64,000 bases of DNA from an uncultured Acidimicrobiaceae bacterium (GTDB taxonomy: Bacteria > Actinomycetota > Acidimicrobiia > Spongiisociales > UBA5794). The notes under the pieces were generated by a model. That model did not search any database. It had not been told where the DNA came from and saw only the letters and a program-made list of their open reading frames with translations. Shown here piece after piece: positions 1 to 9,623 of the stretch. Positions within the stretch are counted from its first letter, which is position 1; the number at the start of each line of letters is the position of its first letter. The stretch is from positions 10,248 to 74,247 of the forward strand of contig CAMYKI010000002.1 in NCBI GenBank assembly GCA_947258985.1. The letters are read 5' to 3'. The position numbers were made by a program, and so were the translations under genes.

Positions 1-1
1 C

Positions 2-1204
2 GGTGCCCTACAGGTGTCTTCGTACGCCAACTGCCTTTCGGTCGAGCCTGTCTCGTCCGACGAAGCGCTCGACAAAATGCGGCTGGTCGTTGAGACGTCG
101 ATTTCGAGGATGTGGCCCGAGGAGGGAGACGCAGGTTTGCTTCTGTCTGGCGGAATCGACTCCGCGATGTTGGCTGTTGGCATCTCACGCTTCGTCGAGC
201 AACCGATCAAGGCCTTCACGTTCCGCTACGAGGAATACGAAGGGCATCTCAACGAGAGCGGAGCAGCTCGCATCGTCGCGGACCATCTCGGAATCCCTCA
301 CGAGGACATCCGGGTAGGGCCACACCAAATGATCGACGATCTCGACACCGCGGTCGCCCAATATGGCGAACCGTTCAACTGGGGTCTGCACTCGTACCGG
401 CTGGGGCCGATTGCTGAGCAGGGAATCAGCACTGTCTTCAGCGGCTCGGGGGCCGACGGGACAGATATCGCCAAACGTCATGCCGCGGCCTACCGCTTCA
501 ACGCGCTGCCCGGTGTTGTGCGCAAAGCAATGCGGACGGCCGTCCGTCAGGCACGCCCGTTGGGCTTGAGCCGCCAACAGAAAGCGGAGTGGGTCACCCG
601 CCGGGTCAATGGTCTTGCCGAACTCTTCTCGCCGGACAGCGAACTCAGCCAGATACGTCGAGGCGCACTTTATCGCGATGCCGAACTCGCCGAATATGGA
701 AGCCGGCTCCTCGAGTCCGTTTACGCCGCCGCCGCCACCGAATTGTCCGCCGAAGGGCGCTCGGCGATGACCGTGATGGACAAGAGGTTCACAGGTTCTG
801 AGGGAGGCGGGACATGGAATCGTGCCTTTACCCGAGGGAACGGTATGGAGGGTCGCTATCCGTTCAAGGACATCGCGTATTTCACTCTCGGGCTGGGGAC
901 TGTTGGTGTGAATGGCAAGGATCTCCTCCGCCAGCTTGCTCTTGAGTACCTTCCCGATGAGGTAGCCAACGCTCCAAAGGTCGCACAGGAGATGCCGGTC
1001 GGTCACTGGATTCGTGGCCCGCTGGCCGACATCGTGCGGGCAAGGCTTGCCGACCTGCCGGCTGGGATGTCCGCCATCTTCGACCCGGCCGGGGTCCGGG
1101 CGGCTGTGGATAGCCACGTTGCCGGATCCACCGACAACGGCTGGCTGATCATTTCGTTGCTGACAATGGAATCCTGGTTTCGGCAACAGCCACGCAGAGG
1201 CTGA
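2..1204 (+). CDS. Asparagine synthase-like protein, C-terminal PP-loop ATP-pyrophosphatase domain; 5' end probably truncated by the window edge
   Basis: PP-loop motif LLLSGGIDSAM near the N-terminus of the ORF; asparagine-synthetase-like downstream region. The reading frame is open back to nt 2, so the gene likely continues upstream. Confidence 0.55.
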   Translation, partial: GALQVSSYANCLSVEPVSSDEALDKMRLVVETSISRMWPEEGDAGLLLSGGIDSAMLAVGISRFVEQPIKAFTFRYEEYEGHLNESGAARIVADHLGIPHEDIRVGPHQMIDDLDTAVAQYGEPFNWGLHSYRLGPIAEQGISTVFSGSGADGTDIAKRHAAAYRFNALPGVVRKAMRTAVRQARPLGLSRQQKAEWVTRRVNGLAELFSPDSELSQIRRGALYRDAELAEYGSRLLESVYAAAATELSAEGRSAMTVMDKRFTGSEGGGTWNRAFTRGNGMEGRYPFKDIAYFTLGLGTVGVNGKDLLRQLALEYLPDEVANAPKVAQEMPVGHWIRGPLADIVRARLADLPAGMSAIFDPAGVRAAVDSHVAGSTDNGWLIISLLTMESWFRQQPRRG

Positions 1205-1316
1205 GCCGGGCTGGGACAAAGCTGATTGCGGCAATCTGGCGCGTCCGACTCCGGATGGGAGCGGTGGGCCGTTGCGGCGGGAAGATGGGTCCAGTGGCTC
1301 GGCCAATTCCCGGCGG

Positions 1317-3065
1317 CTAGCGAATCACCATGAGGACCGCGCCGCTGGTGACGGTGTCGCCCGGCTGGATCCTTGAGTCGATGATCTCGCCCTCCTTGGC
1401 GGACTTGATCTCGTTCTCCATCTTCATGGCCTCGAGGACACACAGCGGGTCACCCTCTTTGACATGATCACCGGCCGTCTTATGCACCTTCACGATGGTT
1501 CCCTGCATCGGTGCCGTTACCAGGCCGCTGTCGTCAGCGGGTGCGGATCGCTTCTCCAGTTTCGGAGGTCGGCGCCGTGGAGCGGCTTTCTGGCCGCCGG
1601 ATGTCGGAGCTGCCATCACCGGAGCCCAGAATCGAACCACGAAGCGTCTTCCCCCCACCTCGACGGTGATAGAGCGCTCCTCTTCCTCCTCTTCGGAAGG
1701 CAGGTGAGGGGCAATCTCCGTATCGAGGTTGGAGAAGTCGAGGCTGTCCTCCACAAAGCGGGTGGAGTACTTGCCGGTCTTGAACTGCTCGGTCTCGATT
1801 ATCGCAAGGTGGGCCGGAATGGTTGTAGCGAGTCCTGTGATTTCGAACGTTTTCAGGGCGTTTCGTCCTCTGCATATGGCCTCGGTGCGGTCACGGCCCC
1901 ATACGATCAGCTTGGCGATGAGGTTGTCGTAGTACTGGCTGATGGACGATCCGGCGGAGACCCCGCTGTCAACCCGTACTCCCGGACCTCCCGGCTCCCG
2001 GTATTCGACGATGGTCCCCGGATTGGGCATGAAACCCCTTGCCGGGTCCTCAGCGTTGATGCGGAACTCGATGGCATGACCCCGCGGCTCTGCGGAAGTG
2101 AACGTGAGTGGATCTCCGGCCGCTACTCGTAGCTGCTCTTTGACGAGATCGATTCCGGTCACTGCTTCGGTGATGGTGTGTTCCACCTGGATCCTGGTGT
2201 TCATCTCCAGGAAGTAGAAGTCGCCCGTCTGCGACATCAGGAATTCAACGGTGCCGGCTGAGACGTAGTCGGTGGCGCGGGCCACGGCCAGAGCGGCTTG
2301 CTCCAGGGCGGCGCGGTGTTTGTCGGTCAGCCCTGGAGCCGGGGTTTCTTCGACCAGCTTCTGGTGTCGCCGCTGCGCCGAGCAGTCGCGTTCTCCTACG
2401 AAGACGGCGTTGCCGTGGGTGTCGCAGATGATCTGCGCCTCGATATGCCGGGGATTCTCCAGGTACTTTTCGACGTAGACCTCGGGCCGTGCGAAGTAGG
2501 CGTCGGCTTCTCGCCGTGCTGAGTCGAAAGCAGCTTCCAGATCGGATTCCTCATAGACGACCTTCAGGCCCTTGCCCCCGCCCCCGTGGGCGGCCTTGAT
2601 AGCTACCGGGAAACCGTGCTCATTGGCGAACTCGACGACCTCCGCGGCCGATTGCAGGGGTTCGAGAGTTCCCGGGACCGCCTCGACCCCCGCATCCGCG
2701 ACCGCGACGCGAGATGCGATCTTGTCGCCCATCGTTGCTATGGCTTTCGGTGAGGGTCCAACCCAGATGAGCCCGGCCGCTGTAACCGCCTCCGCAAACG
2801 CGGCGTTCTCTGCGAGGAACCCGTATCCGGGGTGCACCGCGCTGGCGTCGGCGGAGCGCGCCACCTCGAGCACCCGTTCAACGTTGAGGTACGACTCGCC
2901 GGCGGGCGCCGGGCCGATGTTCCAGGCCTCGTCGGCGATATTGACGTGCATCGCGTTGCGATCGAGTTCCGAGTAGACGGCGATGGTCCGCAACCCGATT
3001 TCTTTGGCCGCTCTGATGACCCGGACCGCGATTTCGCCGCGGTTGGCGACTAGTACTGATTCCAC
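1317..3065 (-). CDS. accA: Acetyl/propionyl-CoA carboxylase alpha subunit (biotin carboxylase + C-terminal biotin carboxyl carrier domain)
   Basis: N-terminus MESVLVANRGEIAVRVIRAAKE (biotin carboxylase ATP-grasp); C-terminal biotinylation motif EAMKMENEI; 582 aa. Confidence 0.85.
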   Translation of the reverse strand: MESVLVANRGEIAVRVIRAAKEIGLRTIAVYSELDRNAMHVNIADEAWNIGPAPAGESYLNVERVLEVARSADASAVHPGYGFLAENAAFAEAVTAAGLIWVGPSPKAIATMGDKIASRVAVADAGVEAVPGTLEPLQSAAEVVEFANEHGFPVAIKAAHGGGGKGLKVVYEESDLEAAFDSARREADAYFARPEVYVEKYLENPRHIEAQIICDTHGNAVFVGERDCSAQRRHQKLVEETPAPGLTDKHRAALEQAALAVARATDYVSAGTVEFLMSQTGDFYFLEMNTRIQVEHTITEAVTGIDLVKEQLRVAAGDPLTFTSAEPRGHAIEFRINAEDPARGFMPNPGTIVEYREPGGPGVRVDSGVSAGSSISQYYDNLIAKLIVWGRDRTEAICRGRNALKTFEITGLATTIPAHLAIIETEQFKTGKYSTRFVEDSLDFSNLDTEIAPHLPSEEEEEERSITVEVGGRRFVVRFWAPVMAAPTSGGQKAAPRRRPPKLEKRSAPADDSGLVTAPMQGTIVKVHKTAGDHVKEGDPLCVLEAMKMENEIKSAKEGEIIDSRIQPGDTVTSGAVLMVIR

Positions 3066-3116
3066 GTGGTCATCCTAGGAGGTCGATCGGAGACGCTGCT
3101 TCCACTCCGCGCCGGT

Positions 3117-4667
3117 TCATAGCGGAATGTTCCCATGCTTTCGGGGTGGCATCGCCTCGCGCTTCGTGCGGAGCATTTCCATTGCGCGGATCAAACGGGG
3201 CCTGGTCTCTCTTGGTTCGATCACCTCATCCACAAACCCACGTTCTGCTGCGACATAGGGATTGTTGAACTGGTCCTCGTACTCCTGGATGAGCTCCTGG
3301 CCGCGGGTCTCCGAGTCATCGGATTCTGCGATGTCTCGCCTATGGATGATGTTGACGGCTCCCTGGGCGCCCATCACCGCGATCTGTGCCGTGGGCCAGG
3401 CGTAGACCACGTCTGCGCGTACCGACCTGGAGTTCATGACCACATAAGCGCCTCCGTAGGCTTTGCGAGTAATCACGGTGACCTTGGGAACTGTCGCTTC
3501 GGCGTATGCATAGAGCAGTTTGGCGCCGTGCCTGATGATGCCACCGTGTTCCTGCTCGATACCGGGGAGGAAGCCGGGTACATCGACAAACGTCACGAGT
3601 GGGATGTTGAACGCATCGCAGAATCGAATGAACCTCGCTGCTTTGCCGGACGACACGATGTCGAGAGTCCCCGCCAGGACGGCCGGCTGGTTGCCCACCA
3701 CGCCGATCGCATAGCCATCGATCCTGGCGAATCCGACAACGATATTCGCCGCATAGTGCTCGTGTACCTGATAGAACTCGCCGTCGTCGACCACCATTTC
3801 CACCAATTCGACCATGTCGTACGGGAGGTTGGTGTTGTTGGGAATAATGGACGTAAGGGATTCATCCATCCGATCCGGGCGGTCCATCGGGGTGAAGTAC
3901 GGCGGCACCTCCATGTTGTTCCGCGGAAGGAACGACAGCAGATAGCGAACCTCTTCCAGCGCGGCCCGGTCGTCTGCTGCGACAAAGTGAGTGACCCCTG
4001 ACTTCGTGCCGTGAGCGTGGGCACCCCCAAGATCTTCGAACGTGACGTCTTCGCCGGTGACCGTTCTGATCACGTCCGGTCCGGTGATGAAGAGATGCGA
4101 CAGGCCTTCCACCTGATACACAAAGTCGGTGATAGCGGGGGAGTAGACGGCGCCTCCGGCGCACGGACCCATCACCACTGAAATCTGGGGGATGACGCCT
4201 GAGGCCCGTACGTTGCGCTCAAAGATGCGCCCGTAGCCATCGAGCGCGGTCACGCCTTCCTGGATGCGGGCGCCGCCCGAATCCTTGAGCCCAATGATCG
4301 GCGCCCCGGTATCCATCGCAAGATCCATGACTTTGCAGATCTTGTCTGCGACTACCTCTCCGAGACTGCCGCCAAACGCGGTGAAGTCCTCTGCGAAGAT
4401 GAACACAGTGCGCCCATCGATCGTCCCCCAACCGGTTATCACCGCGTCGCCGAGGGGGCGCTTATCCTCGATGCCGAAGCCGGTCGCCTGGTGCTGGACG
4501 AGCATGTCCATCTCTTGAAAGGATCCCTTGTCGAGAAGCGCTTCGACTCTCTCTCGTGCGGTGAGCTTGCCGAGATCGTGTTGTCGATCCACGGCGCGCC
4601 GGCTGGCGGGCTCTTCTGCCCGTTCCCTCAGTTGGCGAAGCTGCTCGATTAGCTCGTCTGTAGTCAC
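3117..4667 (-). CDS. Acyl-CoA carboxylase carboxyltransferase beta subunit (propionyl-CoA carboxylase beta-like)
   Basis: 516 aa, typical PccB/AccD5 length and motifs (LGGSLGEVVADKICKVMDLAM, VMGPCAGGAVYSPA); directly downstream of the biotin carboxylase gene on the same strand. Confidence 0.8.
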   Translation of the reverse strand: MTTDELIEQLRQLRERAEEPASRRAVDRQHDLGKLTARERVEALLDKGSFQEMDMLVQHQATGFGIEDKRPLGDAVITGWGTIDGRTVFIFAEDFTAFGGSLGEVVADKICKVMDLAMDTGAPIIGLKDSGGARIQEGVTALDGYGRIFERNVRASGVIPQISVVMGPCAGGAVYSPAITDFVYQVEGLSHLFITGPDVIRTVTGEDVTFEDLGGAHAHGTKSGVTHFVAADDRAALEEVRYLLSFLPRNNMEVPPYFTPMDRPDRMDESLTSIIPNNTNLPYDMVELVEMVVDDGEFYQVHEHYAANIVVGFARIDGYAIGVVGNQPAVLAGTLDIVSSGKAARFIRFCDAFNIPLVTFVDVPGFLPGIEQEHGGIIRHGAKLLYAYAEATVPKVTVITRKAYGGAYVVMNSRSVRADVVYAWPTAQIAVMGAQGAVNIIHRRDIAESDDSETRGQELIQEYEDQFNNPYVAAERGFVDEVIEPRETRPRLIRAMEMLRTKREAMPPRKHGNIPL

Positions 4668-4720
4668 AACCGGCTCCGGGTAGTGTCGGCGTATCTATCT
4701 ATGACTCACTGGATCACGTA

Positions 4721-5401
4721 ATGGCTACACCCTACGTCACCGTCATTGTCGATGAGGTCGGTTCCACGCAGGACGCCGCCTCTGCAGAGTTGGAATCGAC
4801 CTCCCTTCCGGTGCTGATCGTAGCCAGCCGGCAGACCGGAGGGCGCGGTCGCAGCGGCAACGACTGGTGGTCGGCGCCCCGAGCAACGGCAGCTTCGTTG
4901 GCATTTCGTAACGAGGCCCTGGCGGTCGATGACAGCTTCACTCTCACTGTGGGGCTAGCCGTGGCAAGAGCGATCCGCGATGTCGCCGGGGTCGATGTCG
5001 GTCTCAAATGGCCAAACGACATCGAGCTCGGGTCGGCCAAGGTTGGTGGAGTTCTTGTCGAGCGGGATGATGTTCGGACCATTGTTGGCTGCGGAATCAA
5101 CCTGTGGTGGCCCGAACCACCCCAGGACGTTGCCGGACTGTTCCCGGAGGATCCAGGAACCGACGTCGGTCGCAGGCTGAGCGAGCACTGGGCCGGGGGA
5201 CTGCTGTCGAGGATTGTTGAGTGGGACAGGGATCTCTACAGGTCGCTGTGTGCAACTATTGGGTGTGAGGTGACATGGGAGCCATCGGGCATCGGTATCG
5301 CGATCGACGTCGATGCGGCTGGGAGGCTCGTTGTGGAAGCCGCCGGGAAGACGGTGACGCTGCAATCAGGGGCCGTCAGAGCGGTGCGTCGTACGAAATG
5401 A
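4721..5401 (+). CDS. birA: Biotin--[acetyl-CoA-carboxylase] ligase (ligase domain only, no N-terminal HTH)
   Basis: GRGRSGNDWWS and KWPNDIELG...KVGGVLVE motifs of the BPL/LPL catalytic domain; divergently adjacent to the carboxylase operon. Confidence 0.75.
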   Translation: MATPYVTVIVDEVGSTQDAASAELESTSLPVLIVASRQTGGRGRSGNDWWSAPRATAASLAFRNEALAVDDSFTLTVGLAVARAIRDVAGVDVGLKWPNDIELGSAKVGGVLVERDDVRTIVGCGINLWWPEPPQDVAGLFPEDPGTDVGRRLSEHWAGGLLSRIVEWDRDLYRSLCATIGCEVTWEPSGIGIAIDVDAAGRLVVEAAGKTVTLQSGAVRAVRRTK

Positions 5402-5449
5402 ATCGGGCGGTCCCCTGGTGAAGCAGGTGTGACCTTGTGAACCAGGCGT

Positions 5450-6532
5450 TTAGCGGCGCCGCTTGATCTTCGGTGGCTTCTTGCGGGCCGACCGGGTCTT
5501 GACCTGTTTTGCTCCAGATCGAGCGCGGTAGGTGTCGGCGATTTCTGTATCGCGCGCCCAATTGCTGAAGCGGCGCATCATGGACGGTTTCGGCGGCTTC
5601 GGTTGAGCGCTCCTGGCCGCCATGTTCTGCGCAACCTTGGTCCGTCGGACACGTGATCCCACGCCAGGACTTGCCGCAGCGCGCGATTTGGCATGGCGAC
5701 CGTCAGAGCGCGCCCCGGCTCCAGCCGCCACCCGATTGCCAAATCCCTGGTTCTGCGGTTGCAGCAGGGCGATGGTTGCTATGAGGGCGATCAGGGTCAG
5801 CCCGATGATGGTCAACCACCACCAGTTGGCTGAGAAAAACGTGTCGTCACTGTCGGGCGGCAGGACAACGGCGGCCAGCGTGGTCGTCGTCGCTGGGGCC
5901 GCGGTCGTGGTTGTCGTTGTCTCCGGCGCTGCCGTTGTGGCCGGCGCTGCCGTTGTCGTCGTTGTCGTTGTTGTCGTCGACGTGGTGGTCGTTACCGGTG
6001 GCTCGGTTGTGGTGGTTGTCGTGGTCGTTGGGGCCGCGGTGGTTGTCGGTGCCCGCGTAGTAGTCGTCGGCGCCCTCGTTGTAGTTGTTGTGGTGGTTGT
6101 CGTGGTCGTTGGGGCCGCGGTGGTTGTCGTCGGCACGATGGACACCGCGATGGTGCAGGAGCCTCCGCTGCCGTCGTTGGCGTTCTCGTTGACGCCAACC
6201 GATCCGCTTCCGGAAGCGGAGCCGCCGACGCTGATGGATACCGTTGCCGTCCACGCCCCGCCACCTTCGCCGATAGATCCGCCTCCCACGATGCTGGCGC
6301 CGGCGACACCGGACTTACCTCCGAGCGAAGCAAACGCGGCGCTGCTGGAATTGAAGCTCACTGTCACCGACCGGGATTCACCCTGGGGAATACTGACCGA
6401 AGGGCACGACGCTGTGGCGCCTGCCTCGGTAGCAGTGGTGAGCAGAATGCCGACCGCGCCGAGCAGGACTATGAACGCCATCACGATCGGATAGCGGGGT
6501 GTTGCTGTCGTTGCCTGGTTCCGAGTCACCAA
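5450..6532 (-). CDS. Thr/Pro-rich type-I membrane protein (signal peptide, long poly-Thr stalk, one TM, basic cytoplasmic tail)
   Basis: Hydrophobic N-terminal segment, about 120 aa of TTTTT/APTTT low complexity, WWWLTIIGLTLIALIATIALL TM, Lys/Arg-rich C-terminus. The antisense poly-Val ORF 5622-6494 is a mirror artefact. Confidence 0.5.
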   Translation of the reverse strand: MVTRNQATTATPRYPIVMAFIVLLGAVGILLTTATEAGATASCPSVSIPQGESRSVTVSFNSSSAAFASLGGKSGVAGASIVGGGSIGEGGGAWTATVSISVGGSASGSGSVGVNENANDGSGGSCTIAVSIVPTTTTAAPTTTTTTTTTTTRAPTTTTRAPTTTAAPTTTTTTTTEPPVTTTTSTTTTTTTTTAAPATTAAPETTTTTTAAPATTTTLAAVVLPPDSDDTFFSANWWWLTIIGLTLIALIATIALLQPQNQGFGNRVAAGAGARSDGRHAKSRAAASPGVGSRVRRTKVAQNMAARSAQPKPPKPSMMRRFSNWARDTEIADTYRARSGAKQVKTRSARKKPPKIKRRR

Positions 6533-6651
6533 TTCACCTGTCTTGGGTCCCCAAAGGTTAGACGCGATCGTTAGATGCGCGTTCCGAAGCTATCGGATTC
6601 GTGCCAGGCTTCTTGAGGTGTTTGGCGGTCGAAGCCCAATGCCGTTGAGTG

Positions 6652-7977
6652 CTATTCGGGAGCGTAGATGCGGCTGATCGAGCGGGCATTCCCGTAGAGT
6701 CGGATGCCGTTGCCAACGGCGAGGCTCAGGGGTCGGGCAAAGGTTTGCGTGACCCCGGCGGTAGCGGCTGCCGCTAGTTGGAGTGGCGCCGAGATGAGAC
6801 TCACTATCGCGATGAGGCGGGCCCGGCGGGCCGCCACGAGTTCCTGCAGAACCAACACGAGTGCGGCCATGAGGATGTTCGCCCCGATGGTCGCCGGCAC
6901 CAGCCAGGCGACCTCAAAAGCCTTGGGAATGAGCGTAGCCATTGGGTTGCCCGCCCAGTCCCAGCCGGCAAGTGCCGTGTAGCCAACAGCGGCAGCAACA
7001 ACGATGGCGTTAAAACGGAGATGAATGGTGCGTGACACGCTGCGGTCGCCGGCGAGGGCGGCGGTCATGATCTTTGGGCCGAGGACATATCCAAGACCGG
7101 TCCCAAGCACGAGAACGGGAACAGCGGCAATCCGCGCGGCCTCGGCAAACCCGAGGATTTCGGGGCCTGCAGCAAACGTGATTATCGATGCTCCCGCAAA
7201 GGCACTGATTGTCGGCGTTGCAACACCGACCAGTAGCCAGGAGCCGGATTGGGAGAGGCTCCGCATGTGAATTCGCTCCGGCGCCGTGCCAGCCGGGAGG
7301 GACATGCGAGCCAGCCCCAGACCCACGATCAAGGACACAGCATTGGCAATTGCCAAGGATCCGTAGGGGATCCACGCCCGGGGCGCATCTGTCGCCGTCA
7401 ATATCGCAATTGAGCCAACGACGGCCAGGACTTGTGTAATCGAGACGGCTGCGGCAGCCCAAGATTTATGGGCGATATGGAGCGTGCGGCGCACGTGATC
7501 TTGCGTCGGCCACAGGAAAGTTGTGACGCCCGCAGTGAGCGTTAAGGGCACGACGAGGGCCGCCTCGACGATCTGAATTGTTATCAGACTCGCAACGCCA
7601 ATTGCCATGGCACCGGCAAGTGAGGGTCCCAACGCAAGCGGCATGCTCTGCCTGATAATGCGGAGCCTGTCTTCGATAGGCCAGGCAACCGCAACGACCT
7701 CAGCCGGTATGTACACGAGATTGTTGGCAATGACCTGGCCGAAGTTGAATGCGGTGTAGAAGACGGCGTAAACGCCGAGGTCGGCATCGTCGAGGAGATT
7801 GGCCGCCACGAGGGCCGCAATGAATGTGGCCAGCGAGGACATAGCTGCATCGATGACTCCAGGGGAAATCCCGCGCGCACTTCTGGCACTTTCGACATCG
7901 AGGGCCGCCTCCATGTCCCACTGCTGCATCGCGGTTCCCACGTCAGTTTGCTGCGGAGTGTGTGGGAACTCGCTCAA
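6652..7977 (-). CDS. Polysaccharide biosynthesis protein / Wzx-like oligosaccharide flippase (MOP superfamily)
   Basis: 441 aa, about 12 predicted TM helices, paralogous to the CDS at 20978-22300; located in a glycan-assembly gene cluster. Confidence 0.6.
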   Translation of the reverse strand: MSEFPHTPQQTDVGTAMQQWDMEAALDVESARSARGISPGVIDAAMSSLATFIAALVAANLLDDADLGVYAVFYTAFNFGQVIANNLVYIPAEVVAVAWPIEDRLRIIRQSMPLALGPSLAGAMAIGVASLITIQIVEAALVVPLTLTAGVTTFLWPTQDHVRRTLHIAHKSWAAAAVSITQVLAVVGSIAILTATDAPRAWIPYGSLAIANAVSLIVGLGLARMSLPAGTAPERIHMRSLSQSGSWLLVGVATPTISAFAGASIITFAAGPEILGFAEAARIAAVPVLVLGTGLGYVLGPKIMTAALAGDRSVSRTIHLRFNAIVVAAAVGYTALAGWDWAGNPMATLIPKAFEVAWLVPATIGANILMAALVLVLQELVAARRARLIAIVSLISAPLQLAAAATAGVTQTFARPLSLAVGNGIRLYGNARSISRIYAPE

Positions 7978-9502
7978 CCTGAGGGAATCGGGTTTCGGTG
8001 AGCACCGGTAGCCGGTTCTGCTGATTCAGTATCACCAGTGCCGAACCGGCGCCGTAGAACGCCCAGAGCAGCATTGACACCTGGGCTCCCTCGAGCGTCG
8101 GATCAAAAACGGCATTCACCAGTATGGGTATCGGGGCGAGCATGATCCACGTCGCCAGCGCCGACTCTCGCGGCCGGTCCCTGTAGCGAAGCCGGCGCCG
8201 CAGTGTCTGCATCTCCGCCATCCAGGTGATCCACAGCATGGCCCAGAGGATGATCCCTACCCAGCCCATGCGAGCGAGCACACCGACATGAGAGTTGTGA
8301 GGATTGCGCAGCGGATGTGTGGGGTCGGTGGAGATGTCGTAGCGCTCGCCCAGATCGGGTCCCGGGCCAAATCCCATGATTGGGGAGTCGTTGGTGACGT
8401 CGTCGAGTACCTGCTCCCAGATATTGAGACGCCAAGCTGTCGTCTCCGTCTGCCGTTGCCCGCCTTCGTCCGGGTTGAAGATGCTGGTGATGTTCTTGGT
8501 GAACTGCTCGATCGATATGTCGCGGTCGTCGAACAGCTCGATCTTCACGTCGAAGACCAGTCCGATCGACGCAAAGAACACAAGAATGCCCATCATCATC
8601 ATGACCATCTCGGTCCTGCGCTTGCTCAACAAGAACAACAAGGCTGCGATCAGGGCCGCGCTCGACACCATCCCGCCGCGATTCTGCAGGCCGGTGAAGA
8701 CGATCACGAGAGTCGCCACTGAAGTCAGCCAGGCTCGTTGCCTGGAGGTGAATAGTTTGGAGTCGCCGTCGGCCATCCATAGGAATGCGATTCCGATAGC
8801 CGAGAGCACTGCCATGTTCCCGCTGCGGTGAAAGAAGAGGGGAACCTCGGAGTCCGGGACGTAGATACTTTCACCGACAATTCTGTGGACCACAGTCGCA
8901 AACGGGTACCAAATGAGGTAGATGGGTAAGAGCTTGGCGAACGCGATCAACCATTCGTTGACCCGTTGCGGCCGGCTCACGAAAAGCATCACCACGAAGA
9001 AGGCAACCATTCCGTAATACCAGATAGCCGAGTCCCTGATGGCGTCGAGGCCGTAGGGGAGTATCCCGACTGCAAGCAATACCGCCCCCCACACCATGAA
9101 TACCCGCAACGCCCTGAGCGAAGAACTCGACCGGATTAGGGTCGGTAGACCAGTGTTGGTGGTGAAGATCACCGCTATCCCGAGAGCGAGCACCATCTCA
9201 CCGACAAACAGTGGGGTCCCTGGAACGTGGATCCAGGCGAATGGGCGGTCAAACATGATGTAGCCGGCAAGGACGAAGAGAAGCGCCGTGTTGAGCCACT
9301 CTGTCTGCCGGGCCTCGGGACCAACCGCTTGGGCGGGGGAACTGGTGCGGTGGGTTGACTTACCGGCCAGTGGCCGTTCTCGGGGGCGTCTTGCGGCGAC
9401 GAGCGCTCCGGCGAAAGCAAGGACTGTCACGGCGAGGACAATCCTGGACGTCGAACCGGTATTGGCCGCTACGACGAGCGGTGCGATGGAGAGTTCGATC
9501 AT
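7943..9502 (-). CDS. O-antigen ligase / Wzy-like polymerase family polytopic membrane protein
   Basis: 519 aa multi-TM protein with a large periplasmic loop between late TM helices, typical of the Wzy_C/O-antigen ligase family; in an operon with the Wzx-like and Wzz-like genes. Confidence 0.5.
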   Translation of the reverse strand: MIELSIAPLVVAANTGSTSRIVLAVTVLAFAGALVAARRPRERPLAGKSTHRTSSPAQAVGPEARQTEWLNTALLFVLAGYIMFDRPFAWIHVPGTPLFVGEMVLALGIAVIFTTNTGLPTLIRSSSSLRALRVFMVWGAVLLAVGILPYGLDAIRDSAIWYYGMVAFFVVMLFVSRPQRVNEWLIAFAKLLPIYLIWYPFATVVHRIVGESIYVPDSEVPLFFHRSGNMAVLSAIGIAFLWMADGDSKLFTSRQRAWLTSVATLVIVFTGLQNRGGMVSSAALIAALLFLLSKRRTEMVMMMMGILVFFASIGLVFDVKIELFDDRDISIEQFTKNITSIFNPDEGGQRQTETTAWRLNIWEQVLDDVTNDSPIMGFGPGPDLGERYDISTDPTHPLRNPHNSHVGVLARMGWVGIILWAMLWITWMAEMQTLRRRLRYRDRPRESALATWIMLAPIPILVNAVFDPTLEGAQVSMLLWAFYGAGSALVILNQQNRLPVLTETRFPQVERVPTHSAAN

Positions 9503-9623
9503 GGCCGTTCCTGGATCCGGGGTGCACCCCGCAAATCACCTGCGGAGTCTTCGCCTTCTATTTGAGTGTCACTGTACCGACGACGGCGGGCCTGTGAATG
9601 CGATCCCCCTCCCAAAACTGGGC

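Noticed and set aside
185-1306. 373-aa antisense ORF opposite the asparagine-synthase-like gene, and many similar long antisense ORFs (e.g. 5622-6494, 20982-21863, 32573-33934, 42889-44106)
   Set aside because: High-GC genomes produce long spurious ORFs on the non-coding strand; the sense-strand products have clear family motifs while these are low-complexity Arg/Ala/Pro-rich translations.
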